DNA of 64,000 nucleotides from Rickettsiales bacterium (GTDB lineage Bacteria; Pseudomonadota; Alphaproteobacteria; Rickettsiales; SXRF01): NCBI GenBank assembly GCA_964231325.1, contig CAXRIF010000003.1, positions 1,079,313 to 1,143,312 of the forward strand, read 5' to 3'. Shown piece by piece: positions 31,101 to 39,728 of this stretch (position 1 is its first letter; each line of letters starts with the position of its first letter). The notes under the pieces were generated by a model. It saw only the letters and a program-made list of their open reading frames with translations, ran no database searches and was not told where the DNA came from. The position numbers and the translations under genes were made by a program.

Positions 31101-31506
31101 CCTCTAATGGGAAACGTCTAAGTAACGATTGACAGAAACCATGTATAGTCTGGATACGTATACCATCCGGCATTTCTAGTACTGACGCAAACAAACTACG
31201 TGCCTGCCTGAGCTGTCTTGCATCTGGCGTATAATTTAATATTTCCTGTAGAGCCCCTACCAAAGACTCATCACTTGCCATCACCCAGTGCCCCAATACA
31301 CTTTGCACCCGACTTTTCATTTCCGCAGCTGCTGCGTTGGTAAATGTAAGACACAGAATGCTTGATGGCTGTGCACCGTGTAGCAAAAGACTCAACACAC
31401 GATTAGTGAGCAAACTGGTCTTTCCTGCACCAGCATTTGCCGACACAAAGACAGAAGTGTCAGGTGAAAACACCCCTAATTTGGAAGCGCTTGTTTTATC
31501 AGGCAT
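28144..31506 (-). CDS. addA: double-strand break repair helicase AddA (alphaproteobacterial type)
   Basis: 1120 aa. UvrD-type Walker A (SANAGAGKTS), VDEAQDTS and a C-terminal PD-(D/E)xK nuclease (WIVDYKSN). trxA-addA-addB context. Confidence 0.9.
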   Translation of the reverse strand: MPDKTSASKLGVFSPDTSVFVSANAGAGKTSLLTNRVLSLLLHGAQPSSILCLTFTNAAAAEMKSRVQSVLGHWVMASDESLVGALQEILNYTPDARQLRQARSLFASVLEMPDGIRIQTIHGFCQSLLRRFPLEAHISPHFTVIDSRTEQEILREARLRLLMDTNDRNPELQNAITYLAQQGGEYGLNNLLAEIIQHKRKFVSLFHTPGGVKYIEERLFSSLGVAQNVDENDLVRQHFKYDVETLTTLRQTADVLLQGEKTDHQTGDGLATWLEHQENIEEYLGVFLTASGEPRKKLYTVKTLTDTVLIEALLAEQQRVLAYSKARNVLSTATHTRYGLRIIQQFLALYDGLKRGRSAMDYDDLIVTASELLGRENVSPWILYKLDGGIDHILVDEAQDTSPEQWKIIDTLAQEFFSGEGRKQTNRSLFVVGDEKQSIYSFQGADVDALSKMQKHFSKRIHDAAINVQEVALTHSYRSTPEVLRAVDLIFSHEDTRKGLTSSHEDLKHSPIRIDQPGLVELWPLLRPEEQSSYAPTTLLVRHIAEQIRGWLKDGIMLEAKDRKLRPGDIMVLVRKRGKIVDALTRALKRQNIPVSGIDRMRLSDDLAIQDLMALGKALLLPTDDLTLASLLKSPIFNLSEEELFELAWNREEHTLWARLRQLAQTDENYSDAYNLLSDLRAKVDYVSPFELYSYVLDSCGARRKFIGRMGQECADPIDEFLNQALLYERSHSASMQGFIHWLETSDNEIKRDMEQSNNAVRIMTVHGAKGLQAPVVILPDTVDVPRQADRLLWYDDKTISIPLFPQASAFEDELSANIRAQQKELMLAEHRRLFYVALTRAEDRLYICGATSKKTINEQSWYHMAHTGLQNNADTYEAEHGIGLRMGTPPQSDAASAVENQEEVKNAAIYDFSFLDQPPPVEPTPSRPLSPSKLAGDEPAAASPSSGGALYQRGVLIHRLLQYLPSVQAEKYEEVAQNLAGGFSEMPEEIRLESIAEVIRVLQDPKHAFLFSKGSLAEVPVAGNVTIDGRVISVAGQIDRLSISDDTVWIVDYKSNIKPVQRAEDISMVYLRQLLLYKLLLEQIYPQKDIKCALLWTANCQFMSIDDALLDESALSSYI

Positions 31507-31601
31507 TTATTAACGAATTCCATCAAATGTTCACAAAATATTAATAAATAATCAAGGGAAACTGCGGTATAATACTTAAATTGAGAGGGGGTGTTTTCAA
31601 T

Positions 31602-32033
31602 ATGGAAGCACATATTAACACAAATAATGAAACCAAAAACATTGTGTTTATGCCTGGCGTTTTTAACGAAACCATGCAGCTGCTGAATGACGCGCATGAC
31701 TATTTCCACCAGTATGGCCAGAGCGACCAAGCACGCATTGAGGGAGAACTTAGGCCTCTTTATTCCTGCGAGATGTCCCGTATTACCCTTCGCCTCTCTT
31801 CCATCATGGCATGGCTTCTGGTTCAACGAGCCGTGTTTGCCGGGCAGCTTGACGCGCAGGATGCGGCCAATAAATACAGCCTCGACTTCCAGGAGATTTG
31901 CCGGGTAGATAACCAAGCGCTGCATGGCGTGCTGCCAAGCTATGTATGTTTCTTGCTGGATAGCACCTACGAACTTTACGAACGCGTATTTCGCCTTGAT
32001 GAACAAATAAAACAACAACACCAAATTCACTAA
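31602..32033 (+). CDS. DUF1465 / RcdA-like (regulator of CtrA degradation family) protein
   Basis: FNETMQLLNDAHDYF...EMSRITLRLSSIMAWLLVQRAVFAGQL matches my recollection of the DUF1465 core. GAGAGGGGG Shine-Dalgarno site upstream of ATG 31602. Confidence 0.65.
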   Translation: MEAHINTNNETKNIVFMPGVFNETMQLLNDAHDYFHQYGQSDQARIEGELRPLYSCEMSRITLRLSSIMAWLLVQRAVFAGQLDAQDAANKYSLDFQEICRVDNQALHGVLPSYVCFLLDSTYELYERVFRLDEQIKQQHQIH

Positions 32034-32035
32034 CA

Positions 32036-34927
32036 TTATACTTTTTCCCACTCCTGATAACGCGTGAGATGCGTGTAATCATTATATTGTGGGCGCAGTG
32101 CGGGATTTGTCTGTGGAGCATAGGGAGTATGTTCATTATCATAATGCGCAAGCAACTGCTCTATCTGTTTTCGAGTGTTTTCGATATTCGCTTTAACTGG
32201 AATAACTTCACATTTTTTTTCATTACTAGCTAATTTCCAATACTCAAGCTCTATGCCGGCAGAAGTTACTACATTAGTTTCCAGCCCTTCATTTTTTATG
32301 ATCAACGCCTCTAACATAAGTTGGTTTGATAGCCCTCGTTCAATCTCAGATTTTTTTGGCACGCTACCCGTTTTATAGTCAATGACAGCCACCACCCCAT
32401 CTTTTCTTTTTTCTATACGATCAATACGAGTAGTTAGCGTAAACGCTCTGTTATTAACGCTCATCTCCCATTCACCCTTTATTTCAGCTAATGTCTCGGC
32501 AATATTATTTTGACGATTGGCGAATTGCTCACTCACCCATGATGCAATCACCTCAAAACCCGGCCACCACAAGCAAGCCACAGCAGGCCGATCAATAAAT
32601 TCTGCGAAAGAGTTTCTGCCGCACTCAAGTAACTCCCCATTAACATTATCAGGCAATTTAGATGGGTGCTTTAACACAAACTGCTCTAATGCACGGTGCA
32701 CAAACTGTCCAAAATCCGCCACCCCGGGGTCCTGATCTAATGGATCAAGCGCTTTTAATTTTAAGATATAGCGCGCATAAATCATATATGGATCACGAAC
32801 ATAATGATCAATGGCAGATACGCTCAAACGCCTTGGGCGAGCATCACGTGGCGGGCGTGGCGCAGGCTCTTGTAAGGCAGAGATTATAGCCGGGCTATCC
32901 ATTAGAGATACCCCGTAGGAGTATTTCTTATTACGCTGCATTTTTTCCCATAATACACTATCGATGCCCCCAATAAACGCCTTCATACGTGTTAGCCAGC
33001 GTGATGGAATTGTTGGTTTGCCCTCTGTTTTTTGTGCTCGTGTCAACAATACTTCAGGGGCAGAACACAGCACATACATATCATGAGCACTTAACCCCAC
33101 CGCCCTTTCACTAGGTGGCAAGCCAAACTGCTCCTTCATTGGGCGGCTCATCCACGGACTTGCAGCATCGACAGATGGCCAAACCCCTTCATTCAGCCCA
33201 CCCAAAATCACCAGATCATATTGCTGCATACGTGCTTCGATAGGACTTAATATTGATAGCCGTGGATGCAGCCCATAACTAGGGCGGACAGTCTCTTCCA
33301 ATAACATTGACTTCAATGTTTCTATATAGCTCTGGGGATCAATTTCGCCCATCACATCAGCATGTTCAAGTAAAGAAGCCAGCTTGGCTGCCATAGCATT
33401 ACCCGCCTCACCTGACCACAGCCTTTCCGTTCCGCTGATTTCATATGTTGACGCCATATGCTCTACACACGCTATATGCGTTTCTAGCATTTGCTTAAAT
33501 GAAACAGAACGTGATTGGTAATGTTTATCGAGCGCTTCCGAAGCAACAATCAAAGTAGCAATAAGTTGAGCAACCTGCTCATTGGCGGTTGCTTGTTGCA
33601 AACAGAGCAAGCCAGGCGCTCTACGCACCCCTCGCAACAGTTCTTTTTCAAGGGAATGAGAAAGGGAGCGACACTTTGCAGTATCCATCTGAAGGCCAGC
33701 CAATGGATGGCGCAGCAAAGAAAGCAGCTGTACAGGCGCTCCTCGCGAGGCAACCATTTCAGCCGCTAGCAACATAAATGAAGCAGGGGCAGTATGTAGC
33801 AATGATTGCCCTGCAGAATCATCTATAGCAAGGTCAAAACGTTGCATTTGTGCCTTGACCATTCGTGCTAGAGTGCGGTCAGGCGTGACTAGTGCCGCCG
33901 TTTTTTCTGGCTCCTCTAATACCTCGCGCATAACAAGGGCAATGACGCGCGCTTCTTCAAGCTGCGTATCTGTAGTACATAGGCATAAGTTACTTATACT
34001 CTCCTGTGACAGTGCCGCGCCTGCCCAGCCTGCTGTTGCCTCAGCAGACTGAAATATGTTTCTCAGAAGTTGGTTACGTTCTTTAGATGCGCATTGGGAT
34101 ATTTCTTTTACTGATTCTTTGCTACAGCCGATTGCCTGTAGGAGTTGGCGAATACCATATTGTGGGTGAGTTTGCTCGACCATATCCCACTCATTATCAG
34201 GCATTGTATTATCCATTCCGTGCAATACGAGCTTTCCCTTTGGCATTAACGCAATGGTTTTAAGCAGAGATGCGGTAGCAGGCTGACTACCTGTAGAGCC
34301 AGCAGCAATCACCGGATAGTCTGGAGGCGATTTTCTCCATGCGCATGCAACTGCTGTCAGCACCCTGTTGCGCCGATCAATCGCATCAATCACGCCTTCT
34401 TCTTCTAAGATTCTTGGCCAATGCAGTGAAATAATTTTCAGGAAATCTAATGTTTGTTGCCAGTGTGCCGCGAGCTCTTCAGGGACTAGTTTTTCTATAT
34501 TATCAAAATTCACATTCTCTCTCGCCATCTCATCCATAAATGAAATCAACTGGCGCGCGAGCTCGGATGCCTGATCGATAGAAAAATGCTTTTCAAATTG
34601 GGTAATAAGCCGGATCAACAACATATGCCTACGCTCTGCAGGCATAGAGGCAGGAATCGTGCGCAACTCCTCTATATCCGAAAAGGCAACTTCCTCCGTC
34701 AGATCACCAATAGGCTGAATACGGGGCAATAACAAGGGCTTGCCCTCTGATTGCTCCAAAAAAGCCTCTCGCAAACTGCGGCAGGCACGTCGATTTGGGA
34801 GCAAAATCAATATTTCTGGTAGAAATGTGGCTTCATGGCCATAACTCTCTAATACCCAGGCAGACAGCGTCTTTGCAAAAGGCTTACTTGCAGGAACCGT
34901 ATAACATTCCGGGTGGAGCTTCATCAT
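32036..34927 (-). CDS. addB: double-strand break repair protein AddB
   Basis: 963 aa with a degenerate helicase-like N-terminal part and a C-terminal nuclease motif (AVIDYKTGS). Lies upstream of addA. Confidence 0.88.
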   Translation of the reverse strand: MMKLHPECYTVPASKPFAKTLSAWVLESYGHEATFLPEILILLPNRRACRSLREAFLEQSEGKPLLLPRIQPIGDLTEEVAFSDIEELRTIPASMPAERRHMLLIRLITQFEKHFSIDQASELARQLISFMDEMARENVNFDNIEKLVPEELAAHWQQTLDFLKIISLHWPRILEEEGVIDAIDRRNRVLTAVACAWRKSPPDYPVIAAGSTGSQPATASLLKTIALMPKGKLVLHGMDNTMPDNEWDMVEQTHPQYGIRQLLQAIGCSKESVKEISQCASKERNQLLRNIFQSAEATAGWAGAALSQESISNLCLCTTDTQLEEARVIALVMREVLEEPEKTAALVTPDRTLARMVKAQMQRFDLAIDDSAGQSLLHTAPASFMLLAAEMVASRGAPVQLLSLLRHPLAGLQMDTAKCRSLSHSLEKELLRGVRRAPGLLCLQQATANEQVAQLIATLIVASEALDKHYQSRSVSFKQMLETHIACVEHMASTYEISGTERLWSGEAGNAMAAKLASLLEHADVMGEIDPQSYIETLKSMLLEETVRPSYGLHPRLSILSPIEARMQQYDLVILGGLNEGVWPSVDAASPWMSRPMKEQFGLPPSERAVGLSAHDMYVLCSAPEVLLTRAQKTEGKPTIPSRWLTRMKAFIGGIDSVLWEKMQRNKKYSYGVSLMDSPAIISALQEPAPRPPRDARPRRLSVSAIDHYVRDPYMIYARYILKLKALDPLDQDPGVADFGQFVHRALEQFVLKHPSKLPDNVNGELLECGRNSFAEFIDRPAVACLWWPGFEVIASWVSEQFANRQNNIAETLAEIKGEWEMSVNNRAFTLTTRIDRIEKRKDGVVAVIDYKTGSVPKKSEIERGLSNQLMLEALIIKNEGLETNVVTSAGIELEYWKLASNEKKCEVIPVKANIENTRKQIEQLLAHYDNEHTPYAPQTNPALRPQYNDYTHLTRYQEWEKV

Positions 34928-34987
34928 ATTTTAACGTGTAGAAAGTTATATATAATCAGTATATTATACTTTATTATACGATAAGCA

Positions 34988-36643
34988 ATGACCACCACAC
35001 CGATTGATAAAATTCCTGAACTAATTCACCAAGAGCTTTCTTTGCTCTGGGCAGCGCATCATGCCGTAGGGCTCAAAGGCTATATGTGCCTTTACAGCAA
35101 TGAAACACAAGTGCCTTTCCGCACCAAAGAACCGGGCATCACTTTCTGGTTTGGCCCAGACGACACGCAAGCGGTCATAGACAAAATACTTGAACACTAT
35201 AATGATGGGCAACTACCTAACACCCCTCTTTTGCTTAACCCCATCGTTCACACCAAGAATGGCGAAAATTATGAAGCGTCTGGCTCTGGCATCATCTGGT
35301 GTACGTCACTGTGTCTGGGCGTAAATACACTGAATGAAGAATCATGCCAGCGCGCATGGGAGCTGGGTATTCATGCAGGCAATTTTCATCGCGGAGATAA
35401 TGAAGAAGCAGGGCTAAAACTGGTTGGCATCTGTGATGAAGCGCAACCCGTGCTGGATGATGGAAAATCAGTAGCAGGAAATAAGGAACTATACGAGATC
35501 GCCGATATTGACAGTGCTCAATATGCAAATTGCTATCTTCTGTCTGGCATTTCCTACCTTACCAACCACGGCCTTTTTGAACACCCCGGTATTAAAACCC
35601 TGTTTCCCAAACGTGAAAAAGGCTCATGGGAACCAGATGAACTTACGAAAGACGGGAGTATTCATGTACAAAAAATTCTAGATGCAGCCTATTGCTGGAA
35701 TGCCTATGAAAGGCATCATTCTCTGTATCAAAAATTTGGCACAGACCCAGAGGATGTGGCACATAACATGGGTTTCTTCAACCTTGTAGCCCGCGATATT
35801 GAGTTGTTCGACGCAACAGGCCCAATGCGTAAGGACGCTGATGAAATGTTCGAGTTTATTGTACCCGGACTTATACCTCGTGGCAGCATCACGTTGCTTG
35901 CTGGTGCAGGTGGGTCAGGCAAAAGTAGCTTGGCGCATCAACTATGTATTATGGCTGCAACCGATTATGAAGCAGGTGAAGAAGCACCACACTGGCTCGG
36001 TCAACGATTGGCCATTGAGAAATGCAAAGGCATAAGCATTTATTTTTCTGGCGAGGATGGCCCTCCGATTATTAATGCCCGCGCCTCAATATATGACCCA
36101 CAAGGTAAGGCGCGCCGACTAATGTTCCAACGCACCGACTTTGGAGAGGGCGTAAGCTTCAAACAGCATTTGCAGCGACTACATAAGATTCCAGATGTTC
36201 CCATTATGGTTATTGATCCGGCACGTAAATTTCTAACCGGTGATGAAGGTGACTCTGGCGCTGTTAGCGAATTTTTTGAAGCCATCGAGGAGTTTGCGAT
36301 TAAAAAAAACACAGCGGTTGTGGTGGTGCATCACCTCGAAAAAGGAGCAGCCCCCTCCTCTACACGAGAGATTCTTGATATGATCCGCGGCTCACAGGTA
36401 TTTATTGATCGCTCACGTGTGATTATTGGTATGTTCCGCGATGGCCCTTACACAGTTGCGGGGCTCGCTAAGAACAATATCCCCCCGAACATGGGTATGG
36501 TTACCGAGGAACGTGTATTTGCACGTGATGCAAAACATCTCGATCTTGTGTGGCTACCGGGTGATAAAGGTGTGCGTAATACCAACTTATCGCCTGAAGA
36601 GCTTAAGAAAATCATTAAAGCTGCCCGTCAGGAAAAAAGCTAG
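34988..36643 (+). CDS. RepA/DnaB-like RecA-fold ATPase (AAA_25-type) with unknown about 280-aa N-terminal domain
   Basis: 551 aa. The C-terminal half has Walker A (LLAGAGGSGKSSLA), Walker B (IMVIDPARKF) and VVVVHHLEKG, typical of plasmid/phage RepA-like ATPases. The N-terminal half is unrecognised. Confidence 0.7.
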   Translation: MTTTPIDKIPELIHQELSLLWAAHHAVGLKGYMCLYSNETQVPFRTKEPGITFWFGPDDTQAVIDKILEHYNDGQLPNTPLLLNPIVHTKNGENYEASGSGIIWCTSLCLGVNTLNEESCQRAWELGIHAGNFHRGDNEEAGLKLVGICDEAQPVLDDGKSVAGNKELYEIADIDSAQYANCYLLSGISYLTNHGLFEHPGIKTLFPKREKGSWEPDELTKDGSIHVQKILDAAYCWNAYERHHSLYQKFGTDPEDVAHNMGFFNLVARDIELFDATGPMRKDADEMFEFIVPGLIPRGSITLLAGAGGSGKSSLAHQLCIMAATDYEAGEEAPHWLGQRLAIEKCKGISIYFSGEDGPPIINARASIYDPQGKARRLMFQRTDFGEGVSFKQHLQRLHKIPDVPIMVIDPARKFLTGDEGDSGAVSEFFEAIEEFAIKKNTAVVVVHHLEKGAAPSSTREILDMIRGSQVFIDRSRVIIGMFRDGPYTVAGLAKNNIPPNMGMVTEERVFARDAKHLDLVWLPGDKGVRNTNLSPEELKKIIKAARQEKS

Positions 36644-36778
36644 CTACGCTTGGTTAGCGGGCGCCCGGCGATCGCATGGGCTATCATCAGCACCTACACA
36701 TGGGCTTTTTAAATCAGGTGTTTTGTTGCTGCACGCAGCTAGCGCCAAAAAAATTCCCAATATCGCTACTTTATACAT
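36644..36778 (-). CDS. 44-aa lipoprotein (unannotated, below ORF-track cutoff), VirB7-like candidate
   Basis: Reverse-strand translation gives MYKVAILGIFLALAACSNKTPDLKSPCVGADDSPCDRRAPANQA. AAGGAG lies 5 nt before the ATG at 36778. Lipobox L-A-A-C. It sits 63 nt downstream of the last virB6 paralog on the same strand. Confidence 0.6.
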   Translation of the reverse strand: MYKVAILGIFLALAACSNKTPDLKSPCVGADDSPCDRRAPANQA

Positions 36779-36841
36779 GTCGGCTCCTTGCGTTAATCTA
36801 CATCTAAATTCTACTCATCACGAGAAAAATAGCAATGCTAA

Positions 36842-38254
36842 TCATCGCTTACCAGGCATCCCCCGCATACGCTCCATTGTTTCTGCAACGGTTCCTAGCC
36901 CGCCTTTATCAGTCATTGTCTGCTGCCAGTTCTGCATAGCGGGATTTACTCCACCCGGAGTTCCTCTATAACCCGGCCCACCAGCTAAGCTGTTGTTACG
37001 GCCACCACCGCCGCCACCAAGCCAACCAGCAAGCGGCCCCTGCATGGTAGCTAGGTTGGTACTAGCACCCGCAATATCACTCGCGATCATGATAATGATG
37101 TGATTAAAGCGGCTGGCTAGCTCTGCCAGCATTAAGAAAATGAGGATATGCATGACGTCTATCGGGAATACTGGGGCGTCAGGCTCGCCATCTACCCCCG
37201 CCCATGATCGCAACCCACCATAAGGCTCCCACGTACCTGTGTCATCATTCCACAATGCAAAACGCCAATAATGAACAGCAAATGGTGTGCCGCGTACACT
37301 ATCTATCCATTCTGTCCAGCACACTGGGTTTGCCAGGATATTTTCCATTGATGCAAGTATGAGTGCCACAAAAAAGGCAAAAAAGGTGAATAGGAAAATT
37401 GGCTGCAAGGATGCATTGACCAGCTGGTTCAGCCAGCCATCAAACAAGTGCCGCGTTCGGGTGAACAATAAAAAGGCCAAGAAGACTGGAGAAAGCCCAA
37501 TTAATAGCGCCCGCAACACCACCGCCATTAGGTACACCCATATTGCGGTAAATAATGCACGCAGGAAAGACCCCAGGGATAAGAGCAGTAAGATACCAAA
37601 TATCACTCCATATGGTCCAGTAAAGAACACCGCCAGAATGGTAACCGCCATCTTAGCAGAGACGGCTGTAGCAATAACCTGATCTAATATAGCAAACGGA
37701 GTATCTGGATCATAGTTTCCTGCCACACCTCCAACAGTAATGCTTGTAAGCTCCATAATAATATCATCTGTGCCCTCATCAAAAAAGGTAAATAGGAAGA
37801 GAACCAGATCGTACCAAACCGTCCAAAAATACTGGCTTATTAGACCAGCAATGATCCCCAGCTTTACCGCGCGGATAAAAAAGTCATAAACCGTGAGCTG
37901 CACCATGCCGAAGGTGAATAGAATACCATAAATTGCGATATAGATTGCAACCGCTGCAGCAAGTATTTCTCCAAAACTATTATCATAATAAATGGATACA
38001 AAAATACGCCCAGCGCTTGCGTATACCACCCCTTTTATATCCGTTACGATAGCAGAAATCAGACCACTTCCAGGCTCACTGGCCGCATAAGGAATATCGA
38101 ATTGAGGGTCATGCGTACATGTACCTGGAGGGTGGGCAGCTAGTGCTTCAGAGCTCCAGCCAATTGTCGACACACTCATTATGATTACAAGTCCGATCGC
38201 TATTAAATTAACGCCGGGTTTTGTAAAAATTTTCTCTATCCATGCCTGTATCAT
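36842..38254 (-). CDS. virB6: type IV secretion VirB6/TrbL-family protein (paralog 3)
   Basis: 470-aa polytopic protein. Contains FLLFTRTRHLFDGWLNQLVNASLQPIFLF, a motif shared with the two upstream paralogs. Gly-rich C-tail. Confidence 0.8.
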   Translation of the reverse strand: MIQAWIEKIFTKPGVNLIAIGLVIIMSVSTIGWSSEALAAHPPGTCTHDPQFDIPYAASEPGSGLISAIVTDIKGVVYASAGRIFVSIYYDNSFGEILAAAVAIYIAIYGILFTFGMVQLTVYDFFIRAVKLGIIAGLISQYFWTVWYDLVLFLFTFFDEGTDDIIMELTSITVGGVAGNYDPDTPFAILDQVIATAVSAKMAVTILAVFFTGPYGVIFGILLLLSLGSFLRALFTAIWVYLMAVVLRALLIGLSPVFLAFLLFTRTRHLFDGWLNQLVNASLQPIFLFTFFAFFVALILASMENILANPVCWTEWIDSVRGTPFAVHYWRFALWNDDTGTWEPYGGLRSWAGVDGEPDAPVFPIDVMHILIFLMLAELASRFNHIIIMIASDIAGASTNLATMQGPLAGWLGGGGGGRNNSLAGGPGYRGTPGGVNPAMQNWQQTMTDKGGLGTVAETMERMRGMPGKR

Positions 38255-38282
38255 AATATGTACCTAATGTGTGCCCCCACCT

Positions 38283-39728
38283 TTATCCTCTACGGCGGGT
38301 AGTATTGTTAAACATGTTGCCTCCCCCACTGGAAAGCGTATCACGCGCATTCATCAACCCACGTTTAAGCCCTGCCTCAAATGAGTTGGCCTGATATGTG
38401 ATACCGAGAGATGCTCCTACGATACTCTGCGTGATTTCAGGAATTTTTCGAATCATTGATTTCATCAGTGAAGAGAATATCCATAGCGAAATGAAACCTA
38501 GTGTTAGTTGTTGCATCACTTTAATGCCGGCTTCTCCAAAATCTACTCCGGGAGGCACGAACAAGTTCGTATCCATGGAACGCCGTGCAAAGGGATTGAT
38601 AAATGATTGAACCGCTGGAGAGCCAACATCCTCTGCACTCGCCATATCCTCAAAGTCTTGTGCTGTATTCGGATCTGTCGACATCAGCCATGAAAACTTC
38701 GGTTCATTGGTACGCCAGTAAGCATCAAAATGTGTTTTACCTTCGGCATCCACCCCTCCCAGAATATTGACAATCCTGTCGATCAACATTTCGTAGACCC
38801 CGAGAAAAACACTCAGGAACCCAAAAAGAATCATTGGCGTAAACATAGCGGTGAGCAAAATATCCAGCCATCTATTGAAATAACGCTCTTGAGTAGCGAA
38901 TATTGCCAGAGGAATAATCAGAGGCGATATAATGATCATGAAGCCTACAATTAACACAGCCGACAAATAGATGAACACAATACGAAGGATCATGAGTATA
39001 ACATCCAGCATGGCGGCAATGCCTGTGAAAAACACCAATATACCTGCAGTCGAAGAAAATAGTGCGCCAGCTATAATTCCCGCAAGCCCATGAGTAAGCA
39101 AGATATGCTCACCAAATCCAAATAACTTGCCGATAAAATGATCCATAAAGTTCCATGGATAACACTCGTTTAGTATCGCACCACTGGTTTGCAACTCAAT
39201 CGTGGTTGGCAATATGCCTTCCATTGCCATTTGTTCCGATAAAATGCCTTCAACGCTATCCACCGAAACCATGCATATCATTTCATCCATGATATCAAAC
39301 AGCACGGCCCCCAACCCGGCAAGGTTGAAACTAAAGAGCCACACGAGCCCTAAGCGCAAAAGAAATTTAATTGCCTTAGGCATGAGATCACGCTCGCCTC
39401 CAAGCAAGCGGACTCCAAATATGATAATTGCCAATGCAATCATTATGGTAACGGTCGGCACCATATATACAGACAAATGGTAAGCAAGGCCGTCTGTTGG
39501 ATGAGCTGCCGCCAAGACGATCATCCCCCGCAAGCACCCTACCACCTTTGAGGTGTATTCCCAGTCATCAAAATCAAGCCCCAGTGTTGTGTTACACCCC
39601 TCCACCGCACTTATAACTGGCGGGGGGGCTGCATGTGCATTAATCGGCAACATAACACCAACAAACAATACCAGTAGGATTGCCCATGCGATTGTGTGCT
39701 TATATGTTTCACGAATATTCATCATCAA
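38283..39728 (-). CDS. virB6: type IV secretion VirB6/TrbL-family protein (paralog 2)
   Basis: 481 aa with a signal peptide, polytopic. Contains PLAIFATQERYFNRWLDILLTAMFTPMILF. Confidence 0.8.
   Translation of the reverse strand: MMMNIRETYKHTIAWAILLVLFVGVMLPINAHAAPPPVISAVEGCNTTLGLDFDDWEYTSKVVGCLRGMIVLAAAHPTDGLAYHLSVYMVPTVTIMIALAIIIFGVRLLGGERDLMPKAIKFLLRLGLVWLFSFNLAGLGAVLFDIMDEMICMVSVDSVEGILSEQMAMEGILPTTIELQTSGAILNECYPWNFMDHFIGKLFGFGEHILLTHGLAGIIAGALFSSTAGILVFFTGIAAMLDVILMILRIVFIYLSAVLIVGFMIIISPLIIPLAIFATQERYFNRWLDILLTAMFTPMILFGFLSVFLGVYEMLIDRIVNILGGVDAEGKTHFDAYWRTNEPKFSWLMSTDPNTAQDFEDMASAEDVGSPAVQSFINPFARRSMDTNLFVPPGVDFGEAGIKVMQQLTLGFISLWIFSSLMKSMIRKIPEITQSIVGASLGITYQANSFEAGLKRGLMNARDTLSSGGGNMFNNTTRRRG

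Noticed and set aside
31476-32151. 191-aa and 115-aa minus-strand ORFs opposite the RcdA-like gene
   Set aside because: They are antisense shadows. The plus-strand frame has recognisable DUF1465 motifs and a Shine-Dalgarno site.
36426-36971. 181-aa plus-strand ORF spanning the end of the RepA-like gene, the lipoprotein gene and the virB6 3' end
   Set aside because: It overlaps three better-supported genes in other frames or on the other strand, has no Shine-Dalgarno site, and its composition is not protein-like.
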